A stretch of DNA of 61,672 nucleotides from a virus (lineage: Duplodnaviria; Caudoviricetes), in the IMG/VR virus record IMGVR_UViG_3300025073_000054, positions 1-61,672 of that record; one strand, written 5' to 3'. Below the pieces are notes generated by a model. The model had not been told where the DNA came from and searched no databases. It worked only from the letters and a program-made list of their open reading frames with translations. The stretch's first letter is position 1. The number at the start of each line of letters is the position of its first letter. The translations under genes were made by a program, and so were the position numbers. Of this stretch, positions 17,399 to 27,650 are shown piece after piece.

Positions 17399-18670
17399 TC
17401 ACTCCTGGGGGATCACGGAGATGGAGTCCTTCGGCACGAGCACCATCGTCGTCGTCGTGCCCGTCGCGCGTCCGCCCTCGAAGGTGACGCTGGTGATGAG
17501 CATCGACTCGTCCAGCGGAGCGCCATCGGGCGAGGTGCACAGGTCGTCACGCACGCGCGCCATGGTGTTCAGCGCGTACAGGCGATCGACCCCGGAGACG
17601 GTCTGCCCGTGGCCCTGGACGGTGAGCTCGTAGCGGCGAAAGCTGGCCATCGCCTCCGCGATGACGCGCTCCCCCTCCTTCGCGCTCGCGGCGAGGGTGC
17701 GAGAGCGGGTGCTCTTGATGTGCCGCACCTGCGCGGGCATCGGGTCAGCGAGGAAGCCGCGGTTGACCGCCGTCGTCTCGACGCCGACGTTGAAGGTCTG
17801 CGAGCGGCTGCGGTTGGAGACGAGGTCGCCGCGCGTCGAGCCCGTGTAGACGTTCACCTCGGAGGGGACTTCCTTGATGGAGAAGTTCTCGGCGCCCTTC
17901 AGGATGTTGCCCGTGGCGACGCCGTTCTCGATGCGCCGGCCGAAGGTGAAGACGTCCGCCGTGCTGAACGCCGGGACGTCGACCACGACCGCGAGCCCAC
18001 CAGCCGCCGAGGGGGCGACCCACATGAGGAAGCCGACGCGACGGCACATCTCCTCAGCGAGCGCCCACGCCTTCTCCCCGGCGCGCGGGTGGCTCTGGTC
18101 GATGGGCTGCGCGCGACGCCTCGCATGGGCCGTGTGGACGCCGCGCGAGGGGCTGTGCGGCCGGGTGGTGTGCGTGGCGTGCGGGCGCGAGGGGCGACCG
18201 AGCGAGGCGCGGTTGGTGCCCGACTGCACCAGGCGCGCAGCAGCGGCATCGGTGACGAGGACGGACACGCCCAGCGGTGTGAAGAGGGCGGTGAGCGCGT
18301 CGGACAGCGCGAGGCCCTTCAAGCGCACAGTCGGGTCCGCGTCCCACGTCATCGCCATCCCGCCGAGGTCGCGGCCGCTGATGACCATCGTGGCCCCGCC
18401 CTTGTCGTCGGGGGCTGCGGTGCGAAGCGTCTCGATGCGCCCGGTGATCTGCGCCGCGCCGTCGACGGAGAGGGTGACGTTCTCCCCTAGCTTCACCTCG
18501 CGACGCAGCACCTCCCAGGACGCCTCACGCACGCCCAATGCGGAGCGCCACATGGAGATGGTCCATGGGTTGCCCGCGCGCATCATGTCGAGCGTGATGG
18601 TGTAGCGGTCGAAGACGTCGACATCGCTGCCCGATGAGAGCGTGACGGCGACGGTGTGCGGCGTGGCCAT
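17399..18670 (-). CDS. Baseplate hub (Mu gp44/gpP-like)
   Basis: V.L.VDG...ITGRI...ISGRD; GEKAW; TV.GH motifs; position. Confidence 0.85.
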   Translation of the reverse strand: MATPHTVAVTLSSGSDVDVFDRYTITLDMMRAGNPWTISMWRSALGVREASWEVLRREVKLGENVTLSVDGAAQITGRIETLRTAAPDDKGGATMVISGRDLGGMAMTWDADPTVRLKGLALSDALTALFTPLGVSVLVTDAAAARLVQSGTNRASLGRPSRPHATHTTRPHSPSRGVHTAHARRRAQPIDQSHPRAGEKAWALAEEMCRRVGFLMWVAPSAAGGLAVVVDVPAFSTADVFTFGRRIENGVATGNILKGAENFSIKEVPSEVNVYTGSTRGDLVSNRSRSQTFNVGVETTAVNRGFLADPMPAQVRHIKSTRSRTLAASAKEGERVIAEAMASFRRYELTVQGHGQTVSGVDRLYALNTMARVRDDLCTSPDGAPLDESMLITSVTFEGGRATGTTTTMVLVPKDSISVIPQE

Positions 18671-18674
18671 CGGC

Positions 18675-19580
18675 TCAGGGCTTCGGGAGGATGGTCAGCA
18701 CGGTTCCGCCGAGGATGAAGAGCGGGTCAGAGACTGAGTTCGCCGCGTTCAGCAGCGTGGTCAACGAGGCGTCCCCGTAGACGCTCTGCGCCACCTCCCA
18801 GAGCGCCATCGTGCGCGGCACGGTGTAGAGCCGCGAGAGCGAGAGCGTCGGGGAGTAGCGGTTGCGGAGGTCGTAGATCGACGCGCGCAGGTCGAGCAAC
18901 GCCACCGTGGCCGCGTTGGCGCTGGCGGTGGCGAAGAGGGGGAGCACGAGGTTCGCGACGACGGGCGCGAGCATCGTGCGGAAGCACTCGGCCACGGCGC
19001 TGTGAGGGAGCGCGGCAGCCTCGAGCGCGGCGGTCTGCTCTGCGATCACGTCCGCGGTCGACGTCCACGCGCCGGCCGTGGCGCTCACCAGCGTCATCGC
19101 GGCGTCCGTGTCCGTTGCCTTCGTGACGAGCGTTGCCGGGGTGTTCGCGGGCGTCGCGCTCCACGGCGTCGTCAGCAGCGAGGCGCTCCCGTTATGCTCG
19201 GTGAACGTCACCTTGAGGTCGACGCCCGCTCGGTTGTCGGGGGACAACTCGCCCGTCCATCCGGTGATGGCGGCTGTGAAGGTGTCGTACCCCGGGAGCG
19301 TGAGGGCGCCAATGGGGGTGTCCTCGAAGAGCTGCACCATCGTCTCCCGCAGCGCGCGGAAGAGCGGGCCGTAGCGCGCGACCAACGCCGGGGTGTCGAC
19401 GCATGGGATGGTGAAGCTGCCCTTGTAGGGCTTCTGTCCGCACGGCTCCATGTCGGCCCCGCGGCGCAGGTAGGCCGTGTGCTCGGCGAAGTCGTGGCCG
19501 CCCTCGACGGAGAGCGCCGACACAGGGAAGGAGAGCGCCTCGTAGGTGGCTTCGGCGAGGGTGTCGAGGGGCTGAGTCAT
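18675..19580 (-). CDS. Mu gpN-like DNA circularisation/tail protein with C-terminal LysM
   Basis: L.EATY....FPV...GG....EH...R.GA..E..G; LWEVAQSVYGD...AN...DP. Confidence 0.85.
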   Translation of the reverse strand: MTQPLDTLAEATYEALSFPVSALSVEGGHDFAEHTAYLRRGADMEPCGQKPYKGSFTIPCVDTPALVARYGPLFRALRETMVQLFEDTPIGALTLPGYDTFTAAITGWTGELSPDNRAGVDLKVTFTEHNGSASLLTTPWSATPANTPATLVTKATDTDAAMTLVSATAGAWTSTADVIAEQTAALEAAALPHSAVAECFRTMLAPVVANLVLPLFATASANAATVALLDLRASIYDLRNRYSPTLSLSRLYTVPRTMALWEVAQSVYGDASLTTLLNAANSVSDPLFILGGTVLTILPKP

Positions 19581-21670
19581 CGCATCACCCGGGGCGCGCC
19601 CGCGGGGGGCGTAGAGGACGCAGCGTGCGCGGCGTCGTGCGGCGACACGGTGGCGGTGACCGGCGCGCTCCCGATGCGCTCCACGGCGCTGATGAGCTCA
19701 CGGAAGAGGGGGATGATCGCGGCTCCGCTGAAGAACGTCTCGGCCACCGTCGCGGCCACGCCGCGCGAGGCGCGCTCTCCGGTGGAGAGCCGGTTGCCCT
19801 GCGCGTCGACACCCGAGCCCGCGGCCTTGGCGTCGCCGTAGAACCCGAGGCCCATACCCGCGCCCGCAGCCAGCCCGGCGAGCGCCGCAGGGCCGCCGCC
19901 CATGGAGGCGAGCGCCCACCCGCCGAGGCTCTTGGCGCCCGCGCCGAGGGCTGCGGTGGCGGCGCTACCGCCGAGCATGGCGGTGATGGGGTTCGCCGTC
20001 GCGAAGCTGGTCAGCGCGTCGCTGGCGCGGGTGAAGAGCCCCGGGCGTCGAGCGTCGGCCCCCGCGGCCTCCTGCTCTCGCATGAGGCGGGTACGATCCT
20101 CGGTCGCGCGGGTGGCGCGCATGGTCGCTTCCTGCTCCGGCGTGAGGGACGCGCGCTTGAGCCGCTCGACGGCGTCGTACTCGCGCATCGGGACACCGCC
20201 GACGTTCGTCATGCTCATGTACGACGCGATCGCGTCCACATCGGGGATGTTCATCAACTGCCGCGCGCCGCCGAGTCCGTTGGCTCCCATCGCGTTGCGG
20301 AGCGCGCCCGCATCGTTGTTGAACATCGTCCCGAAGAAGCGCGCCGCGTTGGAGGGCGTGTCGCGCACGTCCGCGTTCATCGCGTACTCCCCCGCCGCGT
20401 TCTTCGTGAACGCAGCCGCGAAGGCCGCTTGCTGCTCTGGGGTGCCGGTGCGGGCCGTCTCTGCGAGCGCGAGCCCGAGGCGGTTCTGACGAGGCGCGTT
20501 GGAGAGCGCGGTGCGGACGGTGTTCGTGCGGTTGGCGCTGACGCCCACGGTGCGCCCACCCGCAGCCTGCGACTGGAGTTGGGCGAAGAAGTCTTGCGCG
20601 ATCTCCGCGGTGATGCGGTCGCGATCGGCCGGCGCCGCGTTGGCGGTGCCGCTGCTGATCGCCTGCAAGAGCCCGGGGAGGCCCTGCGTCACCATCTGAT
20701 CCGTCTCGACGGAGCCCTCCAGCGCGGTCCCCACGGCGCCGCGGAGGATGCGCTGACGCATCGCCGGGTCGGCCACGCGGCGGCGCAGGATGGCGCCCAT
20801 GTTCACGATGCCCGTGACGTTCGTCGGGTCGATGGCGCCCGCGAGTTCCACGTCACCCAGGGTCGCCTCGATGCCCGCGCGCCGCGCCTGCCGGGTGTCC
20901 CCGCCGAGGGCGTTGGCGGCGGTCTGCGCGCTCGCGATGGCCGCGATGGCCATCTCCGGGGAGACGCCCGTACGGACCTCGCGCAACCGCGCCTGGATCA
21001 TCGCGTTGTCGGCCGCGTTCTCCGACTGCGACGTCCCGCGCTGGACCAGCGCCGTGTTGATGGCGGAGGTGCGCTCCGCCGCGGTCTGCCGCGCCGCCTG
21101 CGTCCGGTCGTGGGCGCCGGTGAGGGCTTGCGTGGCAGTGTTCGCCACCTGTCCGCCGACCTCGCGGCCCGTCGCGCGGCGCTCGCGGGTGAGGCTGTCG
21201 ATCTCCCGTTGCGCGGCACGCTCGCGAGCCACGCGGGCGGCGGCGAGGCGCTTGTGGATGTTGTCGCGCTCGGTCGCGAAGGCGGCGTCCGCGCGAACGC
21301 GCTTGCGTCCCTCGGCGACCTCGCGGCGCGTCTCGGCGGCGGCGCGCGTCTCCCTCGCCCGGGCGAGTTGCGCGTGGATGCTGTCGCGCTGTGCTGCGAA
21401 GGCCGCGTCCGCCTGCACGACCTTGCGCGCCTCGGCCTTCTCCTTCGCGGCGGTGTCCTTCGTAGCCTTCTCCCGCGCGCGGGCGAGGCGTAGGGAGATG
21501 CTCTCGTGCTCGCGCGCGAAGGTCTGGTCGATGCTGACGCGCTCGCGCCCGCCGCGCCGGGCCTGCGAGGTCATCACCGCCTGCGCCCGCTGCGTGATGC
21601 CCGGGATCTCGCCCATGGCGCGGCGGATCGCGGAGGTGTCCGCGTCGATGATGAGAGTGGCGCGTCCCAT
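19577..21670 (-). CDS. Tape measure protein
   Basis: 697 aa, Ala-rich helical; follows the tail chaperone. Confidence 0.8.
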   Translation of the reverse strand: MGRATLIIDADTSAIRRAMGEIPGITQRAQAVMTSQARRGGRERVSIDQTFAREHESISLRLARAREKATKDTAAKEKAEARKVVQADAAFAAQRDSIHAQLARARETRAAAETRREVAEGRKRVRADAAFATERDNIHKRLAAARVARERAAQREIDSLTRERRATGREVGGQVANTATQALTGAHDRTQAARQTAAERTSAINTALVQRGTSQSENAADNAMIQARLREVRTGVSPEMAIAAIASAQTAANALGGDTRQARRAGIEATLGDVELAGAIDPTNVTGIVNMGAILRRRVADPAMRQRILRGAVGTALEGSVETDQMVTQGLPGLLQAISSGTANAAPADRDRITAEIAQDFFAQLQSQAAGGRTVGVSANRTNTVRTALSNAPRQNRLGLALAETARTGTPEQQAAFAAAFTKNAAGEYAMNADVRDTPSNAARFFGTMFNNDAGALRNAMGANGLGGARQLMNIPDVDAIASYMSMTNVGGVPMREYDAVERLKRASLTPEQEATMRATRATEDRTRLMREQEAAGADARRPGLFTRASDALTSFATANPITAMLGGSAATAALGAGAKSLGGWALASMGGGPAALAGLAAGAGMGLGFYGDAKAAGSGVDAQGNRLSTGERASRGVAATVAETFFSGAAIIPLFRELISAVERIGSAPVTATVSPHDAAHAASSTPPAGAPRVMR

Positions 21671-21673
21671 GGC

Positions 21674-21868
21674 TCAGCCGTGGCCGATCATCAGAAGGGC
21701 ACGCCACATCGCCGCGCACGCGAGCCGCAGGGCGACCCAACGGCGGACGGAGACGCGGCCCGAGGGGAGGCCGTTGATCGTGACCCCGAAGGACGGCGGG
21801 CGAGCAACGAGACGCGCGAGCACAAGGGCTAGCCTCCCGAAGGCTGCGATGATGCGGAGGGTGCTCAT
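21674..21868 (-). CDS. Small hypothetical protein
   Basis: Fills the gap between chaperone and tape measure. Confidence 0.4.
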   Translation of the reverse strand: MSTLRIIAAFGRLALVLARLVARPPSFGVTINGLPSGRVSVRRWVALRLACAAMWRALLMIGHG

Positions 21869-21901
21869 GGGGTCAGGCGTCGAGGCCGAGCACGCGACGC
21901 A

Positions 21902-22537
21902 TCAGAGGGTCGCGGCTGGCTCGGTCGAGGGCGACGAGGGCGAGGAGCTGGAGCTCGTCAGCCTCTCGCGCTGGCACGCCAAGGAGTGCAGGGCACTTCT
22001 CAGCGTAGAGGAATCGAAGGACATGAGCCGGGAGGGCGGGGTCATCCCTTTTCCCAGCGCGGACAGGACCGCCTCGACTTCCTCCAGGCTCTTCGCCTGG
22101 CCGAGCGGGTTGCGGCTCGCGAGCCAGTCCGCGTAGGCCTCGAAGAGCTGGTTGAGCTCCGTGGCGTCGAGCAGTTCCCGCAGTGCGTCCGCGTCCTTGC
22201 AGATGAGCTCATGCGGCGGGGCGGGCTCGCAGAGCGCTGCGGCGAGGAGCTGCACCTTCGTCTCGAGGCCGAGCTCCGCGGCGCCGTCGGGCGTGCCGTA
22301 GAGATACTCCTCGCTCATGCCGCACTTCGGCCCCGTCAAGAACCGCAGCGCGTCGGCGACGGCCTTGACGCGCACGCTCTCCGGCACCGCCCGCAGCGCG
22401 AGCGGGATGCCGTCGAGGCGAGCGCCCGTGCCGTCGAAGAGGTCGAGGATGTGGACGGCGACGCCCTTGTCCCCGAGCGCCTTCGCGAGCGGGGTGCGGG
22501 TGTCCTTCACGAACCCGTCGAGGCCGTCGTTGCTCAT
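21902..22537 (-). CDS. Tail assembly chaperone (G); -1 frameshift product GT ends at 21873
   Basis: Between tube and TMP; slippery G GGA AAA at 22055-22049; -1 frame open for 58 codons. Confidence 0.8.
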   Translation of the reverse strand: MSNDGLDGFVKDTRTPLAKALGDKGVAVHILDLFDGTGARLDGIPLALRAVPESVRVKAVADALRFLTGPKCGMSEEYLYGTPDGAAELGLETKVQLLAAALCEPAPPHELICKDADALRELLDATELNQLFEAYADWLASRNPLGQAKSLEEVEAVLSALGKGMTPPSRLMSFDSSTLRSALHSLACQRERLTSSSSSPSSPSTEPAATL

Positions 22538-22905
22538 CAGACGATGTTCACGAGGCGGCCGTTGAAGGTCATCGACTGCACGTTGGCCTTGTCGACGCCG
22601 CTGCTCATCTTGCAGTCGGAGATGTCGCCGACGCAGTTGTAGGTCTTGCCCGCGAGCTTGAAGCCGAGCGGCACCTCGGTCTGCGCCACGGTGAGCGCGG
22701 GCCAGTCGATCTCGAGCCCCGCCTGGGGGATGCCGCCGGAGACGGTGACCGAGACGCCCACGGCGCCGGGGGAGTGCCCTGCGTCACCGAGCAGCAGGGT
22801 CTTGACGCGGCTGTTGCCGCTCTTGATGTCGAGCTCGACGGAGTCCGACTGAAGCACGGGCACCCCGCGCACGATCACGAAGCCAGGTCCTGAGTAGACG
22901 GCCAT
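22537..22905 (-). CDS. Tail tube protein
   Basis: 122 aa, beta-rich, directly after sheath. Confidence 0.75.
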   Translation of the reverse strand: MAVYSGPGFVIVRGVPVLQSDSVELDIKSGNSRVKTLLLGDAGHSPGAVGVSVTVSGGIPQAGLEIDWPALTVAQTEVPLGFKLAGKTYNCVGDISDCKMSSGVDKANVQSMTFNGRLVNIV

Positions 22906-22931
22906 TGCAGTGTTCCTTGTGGGTCAGTCGA

Positions 22932-24524
22932 TCAGGAGAGCTGGCGGACGTCGCCGCCGAGAACGTGGAGGCCCGGCATGGGCTCACACGGGATCTCGCA
23001 GTCCACGCGGCCGGGGGTGGCCGACGCGGTGACCGTGAGCAGGGCGAGGTTCGCCGTGACGTCCTTGATGATCGCCTGCTCCTCGTAGCCAGTGAGGATG
23101 CGGGCGATCTCCGAGCGGATCAGCGCCGGCGACGTGACGTTCGGAGCGCGCGGCGGGAGTCCGCCGCTGGAGTCGCTGGTGAGCTTGAAGCCCGCGTAAA
23201 GGGACGCGAGCTCACTGTTGAGCCCGTCGGCGACGTGGTCGCAGATGGTGACGTTGCTGGTGTCGAGCACCGCGTAGTTCGGCACGCCCGACGCCAGCGA
23301 CCGCGAGGTGATGCAGCGCGCGACGGTGACGAAGCCCGGGCGGTTGGCGCTCGGAGCCAGCGGCGTCAGGCCGTTGTTCAGCGCGCCCTCGATCTCCGTC
23401 GCGGTCGGCTGATCCGCGACGGTGTTCTGCGCGGTGACACTGACGAGCTCGAGCCCGTCGAGGTTGGCGGCGGGGTCCGTGGCCTCTCCGACGAGGCGCC
23501 CGCCCGCGGCGCTGTCACCGATGAGGCGAGCGGCGCCGACCTGCGCGGCGACCACCCACGGCGGGATGCGGCTGTTGTAGTGCCACACGATCTGGAGGCG
23601 CGACTTGTTGCGGCCGGTCGCGAGCGTCACGGCGGTGGCGTAGGCCGCGACCGTCGCCACGATGCCCTGCTGCCGCTTCTGCGAGGTCACCAGCGCGAGG
23701 CTGTCGAGGTGCGCGGCGAGCAGGTCGATGTTCGTGGCGTCCGTGCAGGCCGCGATGATGCGGTCGTACTTCGTGCTCGCGATGGCCTCGATGGCCGCGG
23801 TCCAGTCGTCCTGCGTCGCGCCGCTCGCGAAGCAGTACTCCCCGGAGACCTGCGAGCCACCCGAGAGCGTGGCGGTGGTGCCCGCGCCGCTCGACGTGCT
23901 CGTGGTAGTGATCACCGTCTCGGTGCCCGAGGAGCTGACGAACGAGAACGCGCAGGTGAGCGCGTTGCCGCGAGGGCCGTCGTGCTTGGCCGTGAGGGTC
24001 AGCACCCCAGCGAGGAACTGCGCGGTGAAGGGCAGCGTATCGAGGTCGTTGATGGCCTCGGCGCACGCGGTCGCGATCACCGTCGGGGTGTCGCCCGAAG
24101 CGACGCTCACGTCCGTGGAGAGCCCGCAGGCGCGGATGCGGATGGTGAACGCGGCGCTGGCGTTCGTCGCGAATGTGTTGACCAGCGAGGCGGCGGTGCC
24201 CGAGGCCTCGGCTACGCCTTCGAGGTAGACGGTCGCGTCGGGGTACTGCGCGAACACGGCCTCGGCCATGTTGTGCAGCTCCGACCCGCGGCCCGCGTAG
24301 GTGCCTGCGTCGTCGGCGCTGGCGCAGAACGTCGGTGTCGCGTCGGCCATGGTGCCCGCGGCGACGGCCAGCGTCGGAGCGGCGCCCGCGATGGCGGTCC
24401 CGATGCGGTTGCCCTGGAGGAGGATGGTCTTCGGGGCGTCGCCCGACGAGGTGCCCGCTCCGCCGAGGATGACGGCGAGGTAGATGCCCGGCGTCTTGCG
24501 CGAGGCGGCGAGTCCGGTGGTCAC
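22932..24524 (-). CDS. Contractile tail sheath (Mu gpL-like)
   Basis: TPGIY, GRGSELH.M, LTAKH.G.RGN, L.NGLTPL, RCIT motifs. Confidence 0.93.
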   Translation of the reverse strand: MTTGLAASRKTPGIYLAVILGGAGTSSGDAPKTILLQGNRIGTAIAGAAPTLAVAAGTMADATPTFCASADDAGTYAGRGSELHNMAEAVFAQYPDATVYLEGVAEASGTAASLVNTFATNASAAFTIRIRACGLSTDVSVASGDTPTVIATACAEAINDLDTLPFTAQFLAGVLTLTAKHDGPRGNALTCAFSFVSSSGTETVITTTSTSSGAGTTATLSGGSQVSGEYCFASGATQDDWTAAIEAIASTKYDRIIAACTDATNIDLLAAHLDSLALVTSQKRQQGIVATVAAYATAVTLATGRNKSRLQIVWHYNSRIPPWVVAAQVGAARLIGDSAAGGRLVGEATDPAANLDGLELVSVTAQNTVADQPTATEIEGALNNGLTPLAPSANRPGFVTVARCITSRSLASGVPNYAVLDTSNVTICDHVADGLNSELASLYAGFKLTSDSSGGLPPRAPNVTSPALIRSEIARILTGYEEQAIIKDVTANLALLTVTASATPGRVDCEIPCEPMPGLHVLGGDVRQLS

Positions 24525-24781
24525 TGGTCAATCCCCTTCGAGGTGGCGTGCTTGGCGGAGGGAGCGAGCGGAGCGATGGCGGGCGGCACGACGAGCGCGA
24601 GCTCGCCGCGGCGCAGATGGCGCTGGTAGTCGGGGTGGTTGGCGACCACCTCGCCCTCGGGGAGTGCCTCGCGGGTCTTGCGGTGGCGGCCCGCGTAGCG
24701 GCCGGGGACGGGGCGGCCGGCGTCGTCGAGGTAGGGCGCGAGGAGGTCGCCCACCGCCCGGATGTGAAGGGGGTGTTTCAT
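24521..24781 (-). CDS. Small pre-sheath protein (DUF2635-like)
   Basis: LPEGEVV.....Y.RHLRRGEL; conserved Mu-like position. Confidence 0.65.
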   Translation of the reverse strand: MKHPLHIRAVGDLLAPYLDDAGRPVPGRYAGRHRKTREALPEGEVVANHPDYQRHLRRGELALVVPPAIAPLAPSAKHATSKGIDQ

Positions 24782-24807
24782 GGGGTGTCCTGTGCGGTGG
24801 GGAGGGG

Positions 24808-25428
24808 TCAGAACTCTTCGATCAGGGAGACGATCGGGTTCGGCGCGGCGTCCTCGGTGCCGGTGAGGTTCACGTCGCCTGCGATGGCGGTGAGGTCTTG
24901 GCCGTCGCCCGCCTGCGCGGTGGTCAGCGCGAGCGCAGGGAGCGGGCGGCGCGTCTCGAAGCGCACGCTGTAGACGTAGAGAGCGCCGCGCTTGATGAGC
25001 ACCGGGCGGCCGTAGTCGGCGACGCGGACGCGGCGGTCACGAAAGGCGCCGTCGAACACCAGCCCGTTGCAGAGCTCAAGCACGCGCTCGATCAGCGGGA
25101 GGAAGCCGGGGGTGAGCGGCGAGGAGCCCTGGACGGCTTCGTCGACTGCGCGCGGCTCTTCCAAGCACACGAGCACAGTCCACGACTCCAGCCCCGCATC
25201 TTCCACGCCCTCGATCGCATCGACGGTGCGCGTCGAGGCGCCGCCGTCGAAGCGGAGGAAGGCGCTGGGATACTGCGCGCAGGCGTCGACGATGCCCGCC
25301 TCGCTCACCTCGCCCGCGTAGCGGCCGACGAGGGCAAAGGGGAGGAGCGCCGTAGGCGTGCCCGTGTGCTGCCCCGCCGCGAGCGCTGCGTAGAGCGCCG
25401 TGTCGATGGTCGAGAGCGTGGCGGTCAT
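24808..25428 (-). CDS. Tail terminator (Mu gp37-like)
   Basis: Position; YAGE......PSAF motif. Confidence 0.65.
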   Translation of the reverse strand: MTATLSTIDTALYAALAAGQHTGTPTALLPFALVGRYAGEVSEAGIVDACAQYPSAFLRFDGGASTRTVDAIEGVEDAGLESWTVLVCLEEPRAVDEAVQGSSPLTPGFLPLIERVLELCNGLVFDGAFRDRRVRVADYGRPVLIKRGALYVYSVRFETRRPLPALALTTAQAGDGQDLTAIAGDVNLTGTEDAAPNPIVSLIEEF

Positions 25429-25431
25429 GGG

Positions 25432-25797
25432 TCAGCGGGAGGCGCGTTCGCCTGCGCGGTGGAGGGCGACGGCCAGCTCCGCGTCGATGCCCGAGGCGCG
25501 GCGCTCCGCAGCCTTGGCGAGGAAGCGGCGAGGACGAATGAGCGAGGTGCCATCCTTGATGAAGGAGGCGTAGCGGGTGTCTGCGACGATGGGCACCGTG
25601 ACGTGGTTCGCGGTCGTGGTGACGGGTCCGCCGACCATCGTCCGCTCTTCCAAGAGCCCGGTGCGGTTCTCGTAGTCGTGATTCGCGCGAGCCTCGGCGG
25701 CAACCATCTCGCCCGCGCGCTCCATGCCCGCCGCGAGCTCTTCGGTGAGGGCCGCGTCGAGCTCGGAGAGCCACGCATCGACGCCCACGAAGCGCAT
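25432..25797 (-). CDS. Neck/tail completion protein (HK97 gp10-like)
   Basis: NRTGLL...YASFIKDGT..IRPRRFL. Confidence 0.75.
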   Translation of the reverse strand: MRFVGVDAWLSELDAALTEELAAGMERAGEMVAAEARANHDYENRTGLLEERTMVGGPVTTTANHVTVPIVADTRYASFIKDGTSLIRPRRFLAKAAERRASGIDAELAVALHRAGERASR

Positions 25798-26282
25798 CAG
25801 AAGTCGGAGGCGTCGCGACGGTCGGCGGCGCGGCTGTAGGGGTTCGTGTACGCGCCCGACGAGTCGGTGAGGTTGTTGTTCACGGCACGGGGGACGGGGC
25901 GCACGGCGGCGCTCCCGGGGGCTCGCGCATCGGCGTCGCGGTTCAGTTGCTTGATGAAGGCACGGGCCTGTGCGCCCTTGAGCGCGTAGCCGTTCTCCGC
26001 GTCGTAGGACGAATGCCGCGAGGCCGCGACGTCGTTGCAGAGGTCGACCACGCATCCGACGAGCGCCGGGTCGAGGGTATCGGTGGTCGTGTAGACGCCA
26101 TCGGGGAAGGCCGCGCGGGTCATCGCGCGGAAGTAGCTGTTGGCCTCGGCCAGGCAGAGCGTGAGGAAGGCGGTGTCCGCGGGCGCGCCGCCGCCGTTCT
26201 TCGCGTACAGGCGGTTGTACGCCTGCGTCGAGAGGCGCGCGGTCACGTCGGCCGCGACGGCGATGACGGTCTGCTCGCTCAT
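25797..26282 (-). CDS. Head-tail adaptor (Mu gp36-like)
   Basis: Position after capsid; helical, 161 aa. Confidence 0.65.
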   Translation of the reverse strand: MSEQTVIAVAADVTARLSTQAYNRLYAKNGGGAPADTAFLTLCLAEANSYFRAMTRAAFPDGVYTTTDTLDPALVGCVVDLCNDVAASRHSSYDAENGYALKGAQARAFIKQLNRDADARAPGSAAVRPVPRAVNNNLTDSSGAYTNPYSRAADRRDASDF

Positions 26283-26611
26283 GGTGCGCGGTGCCAGTGC
26301 TCGCCTTCGGAGAGCTGTGCTGCGATGGAGGCGGGGATCTCGTCGCCGGGGGCGTAGATGCGCCCCCCGTGGATGGGGGTGAGGGCGACGAGGCGGAGGA
26401 GCGCCGCCGGTGGGGCCGCAGGGGGCTCCACAGGCGGCGCAGGGGGCGGGAGAGGGGCAGCTTGATGCAGGAGCGCCCCGAGGCCGCAGGGGCCTTCGAT
26501 GGCGTCGAGCATGGCAGCGGCGGAAGGCGACGCCGCGACCGGCTGCGGGGCCGCAGGCGGAGGCTGCGGGGCCTCCGGTCGGCGGTACGCATCGCGGTCG
26601 CGGCGGGCCAT
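26279..26611 (-). CDS. Hypothetical Pro-rich head-region protein
   Basis: Coupled ORF; IHGGRIYAPGDEI motif. Confidence 0.55.
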   Translation of the reverse strand: MARRDRDAYRRPEAPQPPPAAPQPVAASPSAAAMLDAIEGPCGLGALLHQAAPLPPPAPPVEPPAAPPAALLRLVALTPIHGGRIYAPGDEIPASIAAQLSEGEHWHRAP

Positions 26612-27645
26612 CAGCTCACCACCGTGGTGTACAAATAACCGGCCGACGAGCCCGCGACGAGCTTCTCATCGAGCGCCTCGGTCACCTTCACGAACTGGCC
26701 ACCGCGGACGCCCGGGAGGGGCGCGTCGATGACCTGGGTCTCGCGCTGCATGAACTGGAACTGCTTGGCGAAGACGCCGGTCTCGCGCGGCGAGGGGTCG
26801 TCGGTGACGCGGATGAGCGCGCACGACTTGCCCCACACGTAGCCGCGGACGCTCGCGGCGCCCTCGCGGTTGCTGTTGTACTTCATGCGGCCCACGTAGA
26901 CGGCGTCGAGCTCGAAGAGCGCGGCGACGAGGTCGGTGGTCACGCGGTCGGGCGTCGCACCGGAGACGGTGGCGGCGCGCGAGAGGATCAGTTCCTTCAG
27001 CTTCGGGTGGTTCTTGAGCTTCATCCACGCCTGCGCGCCGATGACCATCACGTTGGGCCGCTCGTCGACCGTCTCGAGGGCGTCGTCGATCTTCTGGACG
27101 GGGTCCGAGGTGGACGTGTCCCAGCGGTCCGCGCCCGCGAGGGCGGCGGTGTTGGAGCCGTAGCTACCCGACGCGAAGAGCAGCGCGGCGACGCGGCGCT
27201 CCTTGGCGATGTCGAGGCGCGAGGTCACGACCTTGACCGCGTGCATCTGCGGGTCGATGGGGGCGTCGGCGGACTCGATCTCCTTGTTGGAGACGAAGTC
27301 CATCAGGCCATAGTCGACGGTCGAGAAGTTGTCGGTGCTGATCTTGTAGCGGACGCGTCCGGGCATCGCCTCGGCGCCGGTGAGGGCCGCGCTCTGCTCC
27401 TCGAAGAAGGTGTCCGCGTCGTACTTGAAGAACTTGTCCGACGGCTTCATCACCCGCTGGATCGGGCACACCTTGTCCGCGATCGACTCGCGGTTCTGGA
27501 TGGCGCACGCGAAGTCCGAGAGGGCGCGGTCGATGTGCACGCTCGACGGCGAGAAGCTGAGCTCCTGCACCACGGCCTGCGCGCTGGCGAGGCTCATGCC
27601 CCGCTCCTGGAGCAGCTCGAGCTGCATGGATTCGATGTCGTTCAT
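26611..27645 (-). CDS. Major capsid protein
   Basis: HID..LS......N...IADKV.P; ERRVA; W....SDP; PN.MVIG...W..LKNHP. Confidence 0.92.
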   Translation of the reverse strand: MNDIESMQLELLQERGMSLASAQAVVQELSFSPSSVHIDRALSDFACAIQNRESIADKVCPIQRVMKPSDKFFKYDADTFFEEQSAALTGAEAMPGRVRYKISTDNFSTVDYGLMDFVSNKEIESADAPIDPQMHAVKVVTSRLDIAKERRVAALLFASGSYGSNTAALAGADRWDTSTSDPVQKIDDALETVDERPNVMVIGAQAWMKLKNHPKLKELILSRAATVSGATPDRVTTDLVAALFELDAVYVGRMKYNSNREGAASVRGYVWGKSCALIRVTDDPSPRETGVFAKQFQFMQRETQVIDAPLPGVRGGQFVKVTEALDEKLVAGSSAGYLYTTVVS

Positions 27646-27650
27646 GGGGT

